Source: Nitrospirota bacterium (GTDB lineage Bacteria > Nitrospirota > Thermodesulfovibrionia > Thermodesulfovibrionales > Dissulfurispiraceae). From it: DNA of 64,000 bases. The translations under genes were made by a program, and so were the position numbers. The DNA is taken from the NCBI GenBank assembly GCA_040754455.1, contig JBFMCP010000001.1, positions 64,001 to 128,000 on the forward strand. The letters run 5' to 3'. The first letter of the stretch is position 1; each line of letters opens with the position of its first letter. Of the stretch, positions 1-10,479 are shown one piece after another. Under the pieces are notes generated by a model. It searched no databases, was not told the DNA's origin, and saw nothing but the letters and a program-made list of their open reading frames with translations.

Positions 1-246
1 TTAGGAATTAACATGACGGACTAATAAAGAGCTAATAGGTCATTTTGTCCCGCCAACCCATAGGTCAGAGTGTCCTATGGGTCATTGTGTCTATATAATA
101 TGGTGTCTTTGCAAATCTACACAAAGGCAGTGAGGGAGTGCGGAAAGGAAGCGCAAGAAAGCTTCCCGGAGCCCCTCCCTTCACCTGCGCATAAGCAAAC
201 GAGTATATGCTGCTGTATCAATAAATATGAGAAACAACAGTAACCG

Positions 247-1422
247 TTATTTGCATAAAGTAAAGAGCGATATGAACGCTATGAGCAGTGCTGCGAGACA
301 TACCGCGATGACCCCGGGCCAGCCATAGGCACTCCAGATGAGTCCGGGCAGTGCCGCGCCGGCGCTCCCGCCTATATAATAGGAAAAAAGATAGAGCGAC
401 GTCGCGGAGCCTTTGCTCGTTGCTGCATTGTCGCCCACCAGTGCGCCTGCTGCGGGCTGTGTTGAGAAGAGCCCTGCGCAGAGCAGCAGGAGCCCGAAAA
501 TGATCAATCCGAGCGAGCCGGTCAGGGTCAATAGAATGCCCAGGCCAGCGATGACCAGGCCCATACCGATGACCGGCCTCCTGCCGATCCTGCTCGAGAG
601 CGCGCCCGCAAGAGGAGAAAGCACACCGGTGATGTACACGACAAAGATCAATCCCAGAAAAACAGGCGATAGATTAAAAGGCGGTGCGCTGAGATAGAAG
701 GTGATATACGTAAAGGAACCGGTGAACGTAAAAAAGAGCATAAAGGCGATGAGAAATGCCCCCACAAGCCTCCTGTTCCGAAGGTGGCCGAACATTCCTG
801 CATAAGAACTGAAGAGTCCTGCGCTGCGCTTGAAATGTCTCGATGCAGGGAGAAAGCGAAGCATGATCCCTGCGCCCGCCAGGTTCAGAATACTGAAGAC
901 AACAAAGGTAATTCGCCAATTGAACAGTCCTGCAAGAACGCCGCTGAGCACCCTTCCCAGGAACCCTGCTGCCACCATAGAGCTCACGTAGATGCCCATC
1001 ATCCTGCCGACGACTGCAGAGGAGAACTCCTCTGCTATGTAGGCCATGGCAATGGCAGCGATCCCGGCAACGAGGAGCCCCTGCATGGTACGGAACAGCA
1101 GGAAGAATGAAAACGTATCGGCAAAAGCGATCAGTGCCGTGGGAACCGCAAGAAGGAATCCGGTGGTCACCATAACCGACTTTCGTCCCACATAATCCGA
1201 AACAGGGCCGTAGACGAGCAGCGCAAGGGAGAGTGCAAGGATGTTGAGCGATACTGCGAGGCTGGCAGTAGCCGGGCTTACGCCGAAACTGCTGCTCAAA
1301 AGGGGAAGAATGGGCTGGGCGACATAGATATCCGAGATCACCATCACAGTCCCCAGCCAAAGAGTCGCCAGAGCGGCCCGCTCACGCTCTTGTTCTGCTT
1401 CCGAAAACCCCGTTCCTCCCAT
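247..1422 (-). CDS. MFS transporter (YnfM-like)
   Basis: About 12 hydrophobic segments, MFS motif A GPVSDYVGRK; start moved to ATG 1422 to avoid overlap with upstream kinase. Confidence 0.85.
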   Translation of the reverse strand: MGGTGFSEAEQERERAALATLWLGTVMVISDIYVAQPILPLLSSSFGVSPATASLAVSLNILALSLALLVYGPVSDYVGRKSVMVTTGFLLAVPTALIAFADTFSFFLLFRTMQGLLVAGIAAIAMAYIAEEFSSAVVGRMMGIYVSSMVAAGFLGRVLSGVLAGLFNWRITFVVFSILNLAGAGIMLRFLPASRHFKRSAGLFSSYAGMFGHLRNRRLVGAFLIAFMLFFTFTGSFTYITFYLSAPPFNLSPVFLGLIFVVYITGVLSPLAGALSSRIGRRPVIGMGLVIAGLGILLTLTGSLGLIIFGLLLLCAGLFSTQPAAGALVGDNAATSKGSATSLYLFSYYIGGSAGAALPGLIWSAYGWPGVIAVCLAALLIAFISLFTLCK

Positions 1423-1438
1423 AATTCCCCGATGCGCC

Positions 1439-3439
1439 TTACCGCTCGCTTCGGGAAGGTGCTGCAAGGACCGCATGAACGGTCTCAATAAAATTATGTA
1501 CATTGATCGGCTTGGTGAGGAAGGCAGTAAAGCCTGCAGCCTTCCCCCGCTCGATGTCCTCGGGCATGGCGTTGGAGCTTACGGCAACAACAGGAATATC
1601 CCGCGTTGTCTCAAGCTCCCGCAACCGCTTCAGCACCTCATAGCCATCGATATCGGGCAGACTGATATCGAGCAGAATGATATCAATCCGCTGCTTCTGT
1701 GCCAACTCGACGCCCCTCATTCCATAGGGTGCCGAAAGAAAGGTAACCGTTGGATAGCGTGAGAATATCTTTGCTACGAGCAGGAGATTGGCAGGGTTGT
1801 CTTCGATATAGAGAATAGTACGTTTCCGCTCGGCCAGCTCTGGGTACTCGCAGACAGTAAGGGGGGCCTCCTCAGTGTAATCGCCCGGCTCCTTTTCGAT
1901 CAGCGGCAGGTCGACCCAGAAGTAGCTTCCCTCGTTGACCGCGCTCCGGACGCCGATTGAGCCGCCCATCAGTTCGATCAGACGCTTTGCAATAGTCAGA
2001 CCTATGCCTGTTCCCTCAGCTATGGTGCTATGCATCGGGAGCCGGGTGAAGGGTTCAAATATCTTCTTCTGTTCAGCTTCCGAAATCCCCGGACCGGTGT
2101 CGGCAATGCCGATGCGAATCATCTTTTGTGCAGTGCGCTCACAGGAAACCGTTACCGAACCTGCTTCGCGGTTGTACTTCACTGCATTCGACATGAGATT
2201 GAGCAGCACCTCCTGCAGGCGTGTCGGGTCAACGGTAACGACCCATCCCTCGCAGCCGGCGAGCTGATCGGTGAGCACGATATTTCTCTTTTGCGCCATC
2301 GGTTGGATAAGGTTGAGGCAACTGGCGATGATCGGCTCGACCGGAACAGTCTCGAAGGAGAGCGACATCCTCCCGGTCTCGATACGCGAGAGATCGAGGA
2401 TCTCATTGATGAGCTCGAGGAGGTGGTTGCCGGCGAGGAGGATCTCGTGCACCATTCTCTTGTGCTCCTTCGACAGCTGATCGGAAGCATCATCACCGAG
2501 CAGTTGTCCAAATCCCAGAATGGCGTTCAGCGGGGTCCGCAGCTCATGGCTCATCCTCGAGAGGAATTCCGACTTTGCGCGGTTTGCCTTCTCCGCCTCA
2601 TCCTTGCTCCGCGCCAGCTCTGCCTGGTGCCGTTTTATCCGCGCCTCCTCAACCCGGTATCTGAAAAGAATGAGGTAGGTTGCCATCGCCATCACAAACA
2701 CAAGAGAAAGGACTCCCATCACGTGGAGCCGCGCCACGCGCACGCCTTGCTGCCACGATGCTCCGTTGAAGTCGATCCCCAGTATGGCCTCCTGTTTTCC
2801 CGATGTGTCGTATATGGGCACAAAGGCACTGATCGCATACCCCCATTTGTCATTTGTGGCACTGTCCTGAAACCCCTCCTCGCCGCGGAAGGCCTGCTCC
2901 ATTTCAGGAACAACTTCGTCGTATTTCTCTCCTATGGGAACGCGGGCCTCCCTCTCACCTTCAATCACCCCATTGCGGTCGTAATCGGTTTCAGGGCCGA
3001 GGATGAAAATGACGGAATTATCCGGCAACTTCCGCATGGTATAGATGCTTTCGATCTCTGGGTTAAGTTTCATCCAATGGACCATTGTCGCGATGAGTGA
3101 AAGATAGTGCGGATCATCAGGAGCGGTGGTGCCTGTTATACGTCCATGCCCCATCGTGTTCAATTCATAGGCGAGGGTCGGCGCAATTCCCCTGACGATC
3201 TTTTTAAGGCGGACCTTTTCATTACGTTCAGCAATCTCTGCGAAAAACCATCCGGCGACAATGATCACTGCGATCATAAGCACCATGGCAAAGGGAAGGG
3301 TGCCCATGATATGCGCAGGTGCGGCATCTTGCTTTCTGTTGTGCAGGCCTGTGCGTTTCCAGTAATGCCGCATCCAGGCTTCGAGGAAGGTAAAACAACC
3401 TATGAGGATTGCGGAAAAGGTGAGATAATCCGTCTTCAT
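1439..3439 (-). CDS. Membrane hybrid sensor histidine kinase with C-terminal receiver
   Basis: TM segments, H-box EFLSRMSHELRTPLN, N/G boxes (NAVKYN, DTGPGI, GTGIGL), REC domain (IEDN, LLDI, TKP). Confidence 0.9.
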   Translation of the reverse strand: MKTDYLTFSAILIGCFTFLEAWMRHYWKRTGLHNRKQDAAPAHIMGTLPFAMVLMIAVIIVAGWFFAEIAERNEKVRLKKIVRGIAPTLAYELNTMGHGRITGTTAPDDPHYLSLIATMVHWMKLNPEIESIYTMRKLPDNSVIFILGPETDYDRNGVIEGEREARVPIGEKYDEVVPEMEQAFRGEEGFQDSATNDKWGYAISAFVPIYDTSGKQEAILGIDFNGASWQQGVRVARLHVMGVLSLVFVMAMATYLILFRYRVEEARIKRHQAELARSKDEAEKANRAKSEFLSRMSHELRTPLNAILGFGQLLGDDASDQLSKEHKRMVHEILLAGNHLLELINEILDLSRIETGRMSLSFETVPVEPIIASCLNLIQPMAQKRNIVLTDQLAGCEGWVVTVDPTRLQEVLLNLMSNAVKYNREAGSVTVSCERTAQKMIRIGIADTGPGISEAEQKKIFEPFTRLPMHSTIAEGTGIGLTIAKRLIELMGGSIGVRSAVNEGSYFWVDLPLIEKEPGDYTEEAPLTVCEYPELAERKRTILYIEDNPANLLLVAKIFSRYPTVTFLSAPYGMRGVELAQKQRIDIILLDISLPDIDGYEVLKRLRELETTRDIPVVAVSSNAMPEDIERGKAAGFTAFLTKPINVHNFIETVHAVLAAPSRSER

Positions 3440-3611
3440 AGTAAGGTAAGGCTCACCTCATAAACAATGCATAAACTATATTGTACTGTACTTTATATTA
3501 TCGTCGTTCTGGCCGGACACTTAACTGCCGTGTCCGGGAAGAACAACGGAGGTCTCGATCTGGCGATCGGCGATGTTCCAATCGGATGTCCTGACTTTAT
3601 ACGTGCTGCAT

Positions 3612-4052
3612 TCACTGCTGGTCTTTGTTGAGAATCATATCCACCATGGTAATCCTGGGCCGGGCGAATAACTTCTTCACCCGCTCTCTGAACTCTTCGG
3701 GAGTAATGTGCTCCTGGTGGGTTCCTACGACCACCTTGATGTCAGGGAATGTCTCTTCGAGCACCGCCCGGTATTTCTCTTTGAAGGGGCAGAGCGCCTT
3801 CAGGCAATTGGCAAAATGGAGCGCGTTGATCCTGAACTCGGTGAGCGCCCTGATACGCTGCAGCAGCTTTTCAGCGCCGGCAAGGGTCGGACATCCGGGA
3901 CAGTTGATGATCCCTACCAAGTCCAGCGGCTCTTCTGAAGGATAATCGGCAAAGGTCCCTCTCCTCTTCCGCAGGTCTGCCAGGCAGCTTACGGAAGAGC
4001 ATCCTAAATCCTGTGTTGCATTGGAACAGGTGAGAATACCTATACGCGGCAT
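3612..4052 (-). CDS. CGGC-domain (Cys-rich, putative metal-binding) protein
   Basis: RIGILTC...CSSVSC...GIINCPGCP...C..CP...GTH pattern. Confidence 0.75.
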   Translation of the reverse strand: MPRIGILTCSNATQDLGCSSVSCLADLRKRRGTFADYPSEEPLDLVGIINCPGCPTLAGAEKLLQRIRALTEFRINALHFANCLKALCPFKEKYRAVLEETFPDIKVVVGTHQEHITPEEFRERVKKLFARPRITMVDMILNKDQQ

Positions 4053-4124
4053 AGTAACCCTCCGGTTCAAATTTTTAGCGCTCACACGCGGGAAAGAGCG
4101 GCTGATGCCACGCAGCTCGGGCTT

Positions 4125-5396
4125 TCAAAACATCAGCGTCTGCCCTTTTATCTCTTTCCTTTCGACTGCCTCGAATATTTTTATCTTCCCGAACTCACCG
4201 TCAAAGCCCGGCGCAATGTAGACCTTGCCGGTGCGCATCCGCGCTATGGCCTCTCTGATAAGAGGCGACCCCGCCTTTTCGATTTCGCGCACGGGAACAT
4301 CCATGAGGATGCTGAACTCATTACCAAGGACCTCGAGCAAAGCAAGATAAGCACGATGAACAGCTTTGCTGTTAACGCCGACCTTCAGCGCCTCAGCGAT
4401 GATTTCCGGCAGGGGTATAATTGAATGATAGCCCGGTGCCCCACCTGGTGTAAAACCTTCCCTCCTGTCGGCAAGCTTCTCGACCCTGTGCATCACCCCT
4501 ATGGTCAGACGCTTGCCGCACACAGGGCAGAGATAGTTATGCCTTATCGTTTCTTTGGGAGGAAGGCTGACATTGCACGCCCGATGTCCGTCATAGTGGT
4601 ACTTGCCCTCCTCGGGGAAAAATTCAATCGTCCCTGAAAAGCCCCGTTTCGATTTGAGCGCCTGCATGATGTCATTGTAGGAGATGCCGGTATCGAAGAT
4701 GTTCGCCTCACGGCCTATCTTCGCCGGTGAATGGGCGTCTGAGTTGGAAATCAGTGTCAGGCGGTCAAGGGCGGAAAGCCTCCAGTTCATGGGCGGGTCT
4801 GATGAAAGCCCCGTCTCGATAGCGTGAACATGCGGCGTCAGATCCTCGAAACATTCCTCGAGAGAATCGAATCCGGATTCTGCCCCGAATACCGAGAAGT
4901 GGGGTGTCCATACATGCGCCGGTACGAGCATGGCATCAGGAGCAACATCCAGGGCAATCCTGAGGAGCTCTTTCGCGTCCAGACCGAGAATAGGCCTGCC
5001 GTCGGCGTTGAGGTTTCCGATCTTCGCAAGCGCAAGGTTGAGCTTTGCAGCACCGGCGAAGTCAGGCAAAAAGATGATGGAGTGGACCTTTCTTGTCCTT
5101 TTGTTCTTGTTGTAAATGCAGCTGATCTCAGCGGAGAGGAGGAAGTAAACCTCCGCCCTGCATGCAGCGGGGACATCATCAGGGCAATACTCTTTTTTGA
5201 GTTTGAAGAGCCCGTTGCCGGCGGATTCGAGTTTTTCATTCAGCTCTTTGAACCACTTCGGATGCGTGCTATCGCCGGTGCCGATGACCGTAATCCCTTT
5301 GAGCTGTGCCCATTTCCAGATGGCTTCAGGAGACATGTCCCTGCTGGTGGCCCGTGAGTACTTCGAATGGATGTGGAGATCGGCAATAAAACGCAT
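4125..5396 (-). CDS. Endonuclease Q family / PHP-domain protein
   Basis: ADLHIHSKYSRATS, SNSDAHS, GKYHYDGHR-C...CPVCG zinc site, PGFDGEFG. Confidence 0.85.
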   Translation of the reverse strand: MRFIADLHIHSKYSRATSRDMSPEAIWKWAQLKGITVIGTGDSTHPKWFKELNEKLESAGNGLFKLKKEYCPDDVPAACRAEVYFLLSAEISCIYNKNKRTRKVHSIIFLPDFAGAAKLNLALAKIGNLNADGRPILGLDAKELLRIALDVAPDAMLVPAHVWTPHFSVFGAESGFDSLEECFEDLTPHVHAIETGLSSDPPMNWRLSALDRLTLISNSDAHSPAKIGREANIFDTGISYNDIMQALKSKRGFSGTIEFFPEEGKYHYDGHRACNVSLPPKETIRHNYLCPVCGKRLTIGVMHRVEKLADRREGFTPGGAPGYHSIIPLPEIIAEALKVGVNSKAVHRAYLALLEVLGNEFSILMDVPVREIEKAGSPLIREAIARMRTGKVYIAPGFDGEFGKIKIFEAVERKEIKGQTLMF

Positions 5397-5717
5397 TGCA
5401 AATTATACCATGGGATCGATGGCGAGGAGGAACTGCTTTGTATGATTTGTGTGAGAGAACTACCCGAAAGGGGCATCTGCCGCCTTATTACGTCATTCAC
5501 TTACTTTCCGCTCTTTCCTTTTGCGGTGCCGGGCTGAGATGCCTCTGCACCGGTGCACGGTGCTTGTGCAAAAGACAGTACCGCAGAACGTGCTGTTGCC
5601 ATGGTAGCTTTTCACATTTTTCCTTCCGCTCAATGCATGGTGTGCTTTGAAGTACTCGGGTATGCTGCTCATTATTGCCATGACGATAGCGTAGCCTCCA
5701 TATTTTTTGATGAGTGT

Positions 5718-6215
5718 TTATGATGTGCTTTTTTGACAAAATTCGCCGAGGGCTTTACTCAAATCCTCCAGCCGGTACGGTTTGGTGAGGACACCGCTGA
5801 AACCGTATCTGCCGTACTCCTCGATCACCGGGTCACCCGCATTACCGCTCGAGGCAAAGGCCTTGACGGACGGGTCAAGTTCGATAAGCCGTGCAAGCGT
5901 CTCCCTGCCTCCCATGCCGCAGGGTATGGTGAGATCCAGTAGTACCACAGTGTAGGGGCGACCTGACTCACGGGCTCTTATAAATTCCTGAACGGCCTGT
6001 TCGCCGTTTTCGACACATTGGACCTCGAATCCAAGGTACTTCAACATCTCACCGGCAACATCCCGCACCAACTCCTCATCATCCATCACCAAGACCCTTC
6101 TCCGCGCATCGGATGACGGTCTTTCCTCTTTCCGGACGGGCCGGGACCCGACAGAACATGCTGTCGTGTCGGCAAAAATAGCTTCGCTGGCTTTCTTCAC
6201 TGCCGTTCCTCTCAA
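5718..6215 (-). CDS. Single-domain response regulator
   Basis: VMDDE, LLDLT, TKPY receiver motifs; true start uncertain. Confidence 0.75.
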   Translation of the reverse strand: MRGTAVKKASEAIFADTTACSVGSRPVRKEERPSSDARRRVLVMDDEELVRDVAGEMLKYLGFEVQCVENGEQAVQEFIRARESGRPYTVVLLDLTIPCGMGGRETLARLIELDPSVKAFASSGNAGDPVIEEYGRYGFSGVLTKPYRLEDLSKALGEFCQKSTS

Positions 6216-6320
6216 TTATGTCTGGATCAACTGCTTGTATCTATATCAACTGTTCTTCAGGCACTATGCTCAGCGTCGCCTTTTAGTTATCGTGAGTTTT
6301 ATGCGCTTCCTCAGCATTGC

Positions 6321-6370
6321 TACATTAGTGTTCTATTATTCAATTTTGTATTATTTATTTCATTTTTGTA
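6321..6370 (+). promoter_or_regulatory. Degenerate TACA-N4-TGTA activator-site array upstream of nifH
   Basis: TACAttagTGTT 6321, TTCAatttTGTA 6339, TTCAttttTGTA 6359; same motif upstream of two other sigma54 promoters. Confidence 0.5.
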
Positions 6371-6427
6371 CTTAACAAACAGCTTCCCCTAGCCCGCTTC
6401 CCTTGAAAAAACAACGACGCTCTGCTC

Positions 6428-6443
6428 TGGCACGGTGGTTGCT
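6428..6443 (+). promoter_or_regulatory. sigma54 -24/-12 promoter of nif operon
   Basis: TGGCAC-GGTGG-TTGCT, consensus match. Confidence 0.9.
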
Positions 6444-6447
6444 CTAA

Positions 6448-7326
<879 letters not shown>

Positions 7327-7332
7327 AAAACC

Positions 7333-7404
7333 AAATCCGAAATTCGAAGCACGAAATCCTAAAAATTCCGAAGTTTCGTATTTCGATATTCGTATTTCGA
7401 GCTT
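7333..7404. repeat. 7-nt-period inverted repeat hairpin (AAATCCG family), nifH-nifD
   Basis: aaatccg aaattcg aagcacg aaatcct ... tttcgta tttcgat attcgta tttcgag. Confidence 0.8.
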
Positions 7405-7429
7405 GATACCACAAAGGAGGCATGAGGAG

Positions 7430-8857
7430 ATGAGTTCCGCGATCAAGACGACACAGAGGATGATAGAGGAAGTTCTGGAGGCCTATCCTGAAAAGACCAG
7501 AAAGGATAGAGCAAAGCACCTGACGGCCAATGATCCCACCGGCCAGTGCAGCACCTGCCAGGTAAAATCGAACATAAAATCCCGGCCCGGCGTTATGACC
7601 GTGAGAGGATGCGCGTATGCAGGCGCAAAAGGCGTTGTCTGGGGTCCGGTAAAGGACCAGGTGAACGTCAGCCACGGCCCGATCGGCTGCGGCCAGTACA
7701 GCTGGTGGTCGAGGAGAAACTACTACAACGGCCAGACCGGCATCGATACCTTCGGCACCATGCACATCACCACCGACTTCCAGGAAAAGGATATCGTGTA
7801 TGGGGGCGACAAGAATTTGCACGCGGCGCTTCACGAATTAAAGCAGCTGTTCCCCCTCGCGAAGAGCATAGGTATCCTCTCCGAATGCCCCGTAGGCCTT
7901 ATCGGCGACGACATCGAGGCGGTATCTAAAAAGGCATCCAAGGAATTGGGGATCCCGATCGTCCCGGTACGGTGCGAGGGGTTCAGAGGTGTGAGCCAGT
8001 CGCTCGGCCACCATATCGCCAACGATACCATCAGGGATTACATCCTGGGCAGGGGAAAGCTCGGGAAATCGACCCCCTACGATGTGGCGCTCATCGGCGA
8101 CTACAACATCGGCGGCGACGCCTGGGCCTCGCGGAAGATGCTCGAAGAGCTCGGCCTCAGGGTTATCGCGCAGTGGACGGGCGATGCATCGATCAATGAA
8201 ATGGGCATGGCCCATAAGGCAAAGCTGAACCTTATCCACTGTTACCGTTCGATGAACTATATCTGCAGACACATGGAAGAGGAGTACGGCATTCCCTGGG
8301 TGGAGTTCAACTTCTTCGGCCCGACCAAGATCTACCAGAGCCTGAGAAAGATCGCGTCGCACTTCGATGACAGGATCAAAGAGAACGCAGAGAAGATGAT
8401 CGAGAAATACAAGCCGGTGATGGATGCGGTCATCGAGCAGTTCAAGCCGCGGCTGGAAGGCAAAAGGGTCATACTCTATGTCGGCGGCCTGCGGCCACGG
8501 CACACCATCGGCGCTTACGAAGACCTCGGCATGGAGGTCGTGGCATCGGGATACGAGTTCGGCCACAACGACGATTACAAGAGGACCTACCCTGAAATGA
8601 AAGAAGGCGCGGTCATCATGGACGACGCCACCCTCTACGAGCTTGAGGAGTTCACCAGAAGATTGCGGCCCGACATGGTCGGCTCGGGAATCAAGGAGAA
8701 ATACTCCTACCACAAGCTGGGCATACCCTTCAGGCAGATGCACTCCTGGGATTACTCAGGACCATACCACGGTTTTGACGGCTTTCCGGTCTTTGCACGG
8801 GACATGGACATGACCGTGAACAGCCCGACATGGGGCTTAATTCGGAGGAAAAGATGA
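7430..8857 (+). CDS. nifD: Nitrogenase MoFe protein alpha chain
   Basis: P-cluster Cys (GCAY, GCGQY, SECP), FeMoco ligands IHCYRSMNY and [15 protein letters not shown]. Confidence 0.97.
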   Translation: MSSAIKTTQRMIEEVLEAYPEKTRKDRAKHLTANDPTGQCSTCQVKSNIKSRPGVMTVRGCAYAGAKGVVWGPVKDQVNVSHGPIGCGQYSWWSRRNYYNGQTGIDTFGTMHITTDFQEKDIVYGGDKNLHAALHELKQLFPLAKSIGILSECPVGLIGDDIEAVSKKASKELGIPIVPVRCEGFRGVSQSLGHHIANDTIRDYILGRGKLGKSTPYDVALIGDYNIGGDAWASRKMLEELGLRVIAQWTGDASINEMGMAHKAKLNLIHCYRSMNYICRHMEEEYGIPWVEFNFFGPTKIYQSLRKIASHFDDRIKENAEKMIEKYKPVMDAVIEQFKPRLEGKRVILYVGGLRPRHTIGAYEDLGMEVVASGYEFGHNDDYKRTYPEMKEGAVIMDDATLYELEEFTRRLRPDMVGSGIKEKYSYHKLGIPFRQMHSWDYSGPYHGFDGFPVFARDMDMTVNSPTWGLIRRKR

Positions 8858-10359
8858 AAATAAAAGACCACAATGAACTCTTTCTTCAGCCTGAGTATTG
8901 CAAGCAGTTTGAAGACAAGAAGGAGTTTGAAAACGCCCCTTCCGCCGAAGAGGTCCGGAAGATTTCCGACTGGACCAAGACGGAAGAGTACAAGGAGCTG
9001 AACTTCAAGCGGCAGCATATAAAGATCAATCCTGCAAAGGCCTGCCAGCCGCTTGGTGCGATTCTCTGTGCCGCGGGCTTTGAAGGGACGCTCCCCTTTG
9101 TGCAGGGCGCGCAGGGCTGTGTCGCCTATTTCAGGAGCCATCTGAACAGGCACTTCAAAGAGCCGGTAACCGCAGTCTCAACCTCGATGACCGAGGACGC
9201 GGCAGTCTTCGGGGGGCTTAACAATATGCTCGAAGGGCTCGAGAATGCGTATACCTTATATAAGCCCAAGATGCTCGCAGTTTCCACGACCTGTATCGCC
9301 GAGGTCATCGGTGACGACCTGAATGCCTACATTAGAACAGCACGCGAGAAGGGGATCATCCCAAAAGACCTCATGGTGCCCTTTGCGCATACGCCGAGCT
9401 TTGTCGGCTCGTATCTTACCGGGTATGACAATATGATGAAGGGAATCCTTACTACGGTTACGCAGGGGAAGAAGGGCGACCCGAACGGGAAGATCAACTT
9501 CATTCCCGGATTCGATACCTACACCGGCGATTACTTCGAACTGAAAAGGCTCATGGACATCATGGGCGTAAAGCATACGATCCTTGCCGACGTAAGCAAT
9601 GTGTTCGATGCGCCCAATACCGGCGAGTACAAACTCTACCCCGGCGGCACGCCGCTTGCTGATGCAATGGACTCCGTCAATGCCACGGCAACGATTGCGC
9701 TCCAGAAATACTCGACGCTTAAGACGATGGATTATATCAAGAAAGAGTGGGTGAACAAGGCCGTGGCGCTTCCACCTATCGGCGTGCGGAATACCGATGC
9801 ATTCTTTGCCGAGATCAGCACAATCACCGGGAAGCCGATCCCCCGGGAGATCGAGGATGAGCGCGGCAGGGCGGTGGACGCGATGATCGATTCGCACCCG
9901 TATGTGCACGGAAAGAGGTTTGCGCTGGTCGGCGATCCCGATATGCTGATGGGCCTTGTCAGCTTCCTGATGGAGATGGGAGGTATTCCCGTCCATATCG
10001 TCTGCAGTATCAGCGACAAAAAGTTCGGGGAGGATATGAACAGCCTCCTGAGCGAGAGCCCCTCTGGCGCAGAGGCCAAGGTGTATGCGGGCAAGGACAT
10101 GTGGCACCTGCGTTCACTGATATTTACCGATCCCGTGGACTTCATCATTGGGAACTCTTATGCAAAGTTCCTCTGGAGAGATACCGGAACACCGCTCATC
10201 AGGGTCGGGTTCCCTCTCTTCGACCGTCATCACCTGCACCGGTATCCGGTTATCGGCTATCAGGGGGTAATCAACCTGGTGAACTGGGTCGTCAACACGG
10301 TGCTCGATGAGATGGACAGAAAAACGATGCATACAACGAGCTTTGACGTTATCAGGTAA
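8854..10359 (+). CDS. nifK: Nitrogenase MoFe protein beta chain
   Basis: [44 protein letters not shown] overlap with nifD. Confidence 0.97.
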   Translation: MKIKDHNELFLQPEYCKQFEDKKEFENAPSAEEVRKISDWTKTEEYKELNFKRQHIKINPAKACQPLGAILCAAGFEGTLPFVQGAQGCVAYFRSHLNRHFKEPVTAVSTSMTEDAAVFGGLNNMLEGLENAYTLYKPKMLAVSTTCIAEVIGDDLNAYIRTAREKGIIPKDLMVPFAHTPSFVGSYLTGYDNMMKGILTTVTQGKKGDPNGKINFIPGFDTYTGDYFELKRLMDIMGVKHTILADVSNVFDAPNTGEYKLYPGGTPLADAMDSVNATATIALQKYSTLKTMDYIKKEWVNKAVALPPIGVRNTDAFFAEISTITGKPIPREIEDERGRAVDAMIDSHPYVHGKRFALVGDPDMLMGLVSFLMEMGGIPVHIVCSISDKKFGEDMNSLLSESPSGAEAKVYAGKDMWHLRSLIFTDPVDFIIGNSYAKFLWRDTGTPLIRVGFPLFDRHHLHRYPVIGYQGVINLVNWVVNTVLDEMDRKTMHTTSFDVIR

Positions 10360-10365
10360 GAAAAG

Positions 10366-10450
10366 GACGAAGGCAGAATCCAGAAGTCAGAAGAAAAGGC
10401 ACAAACAGCAAAGAAGATTATATACAGAAGACTGAGAACAAAGTACAAAG
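10366..10450 (+). repeat. Degenerate heptamer tandem repeats, nifK-nifEN
   Basis: gacgaag gcagaat ccagaag tcagaag; later actgaga acaaagt acaaaga. Confidence 0.5.
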
Positions 10451-10479
10451 ACGGTAAAAGAAGTAATAGAGAGGTAACC

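Noticed and set aside
5493..5739. Small ORFs between endoQ and response regulator
   Set aside because: No recognisable motifs, competing frames, weak start signals
7430..10359. Alternative (V/Fe) nitrogenase
   Set aside because: No vnfG/anfG between D and K; Mo-type motifs and nifEN present
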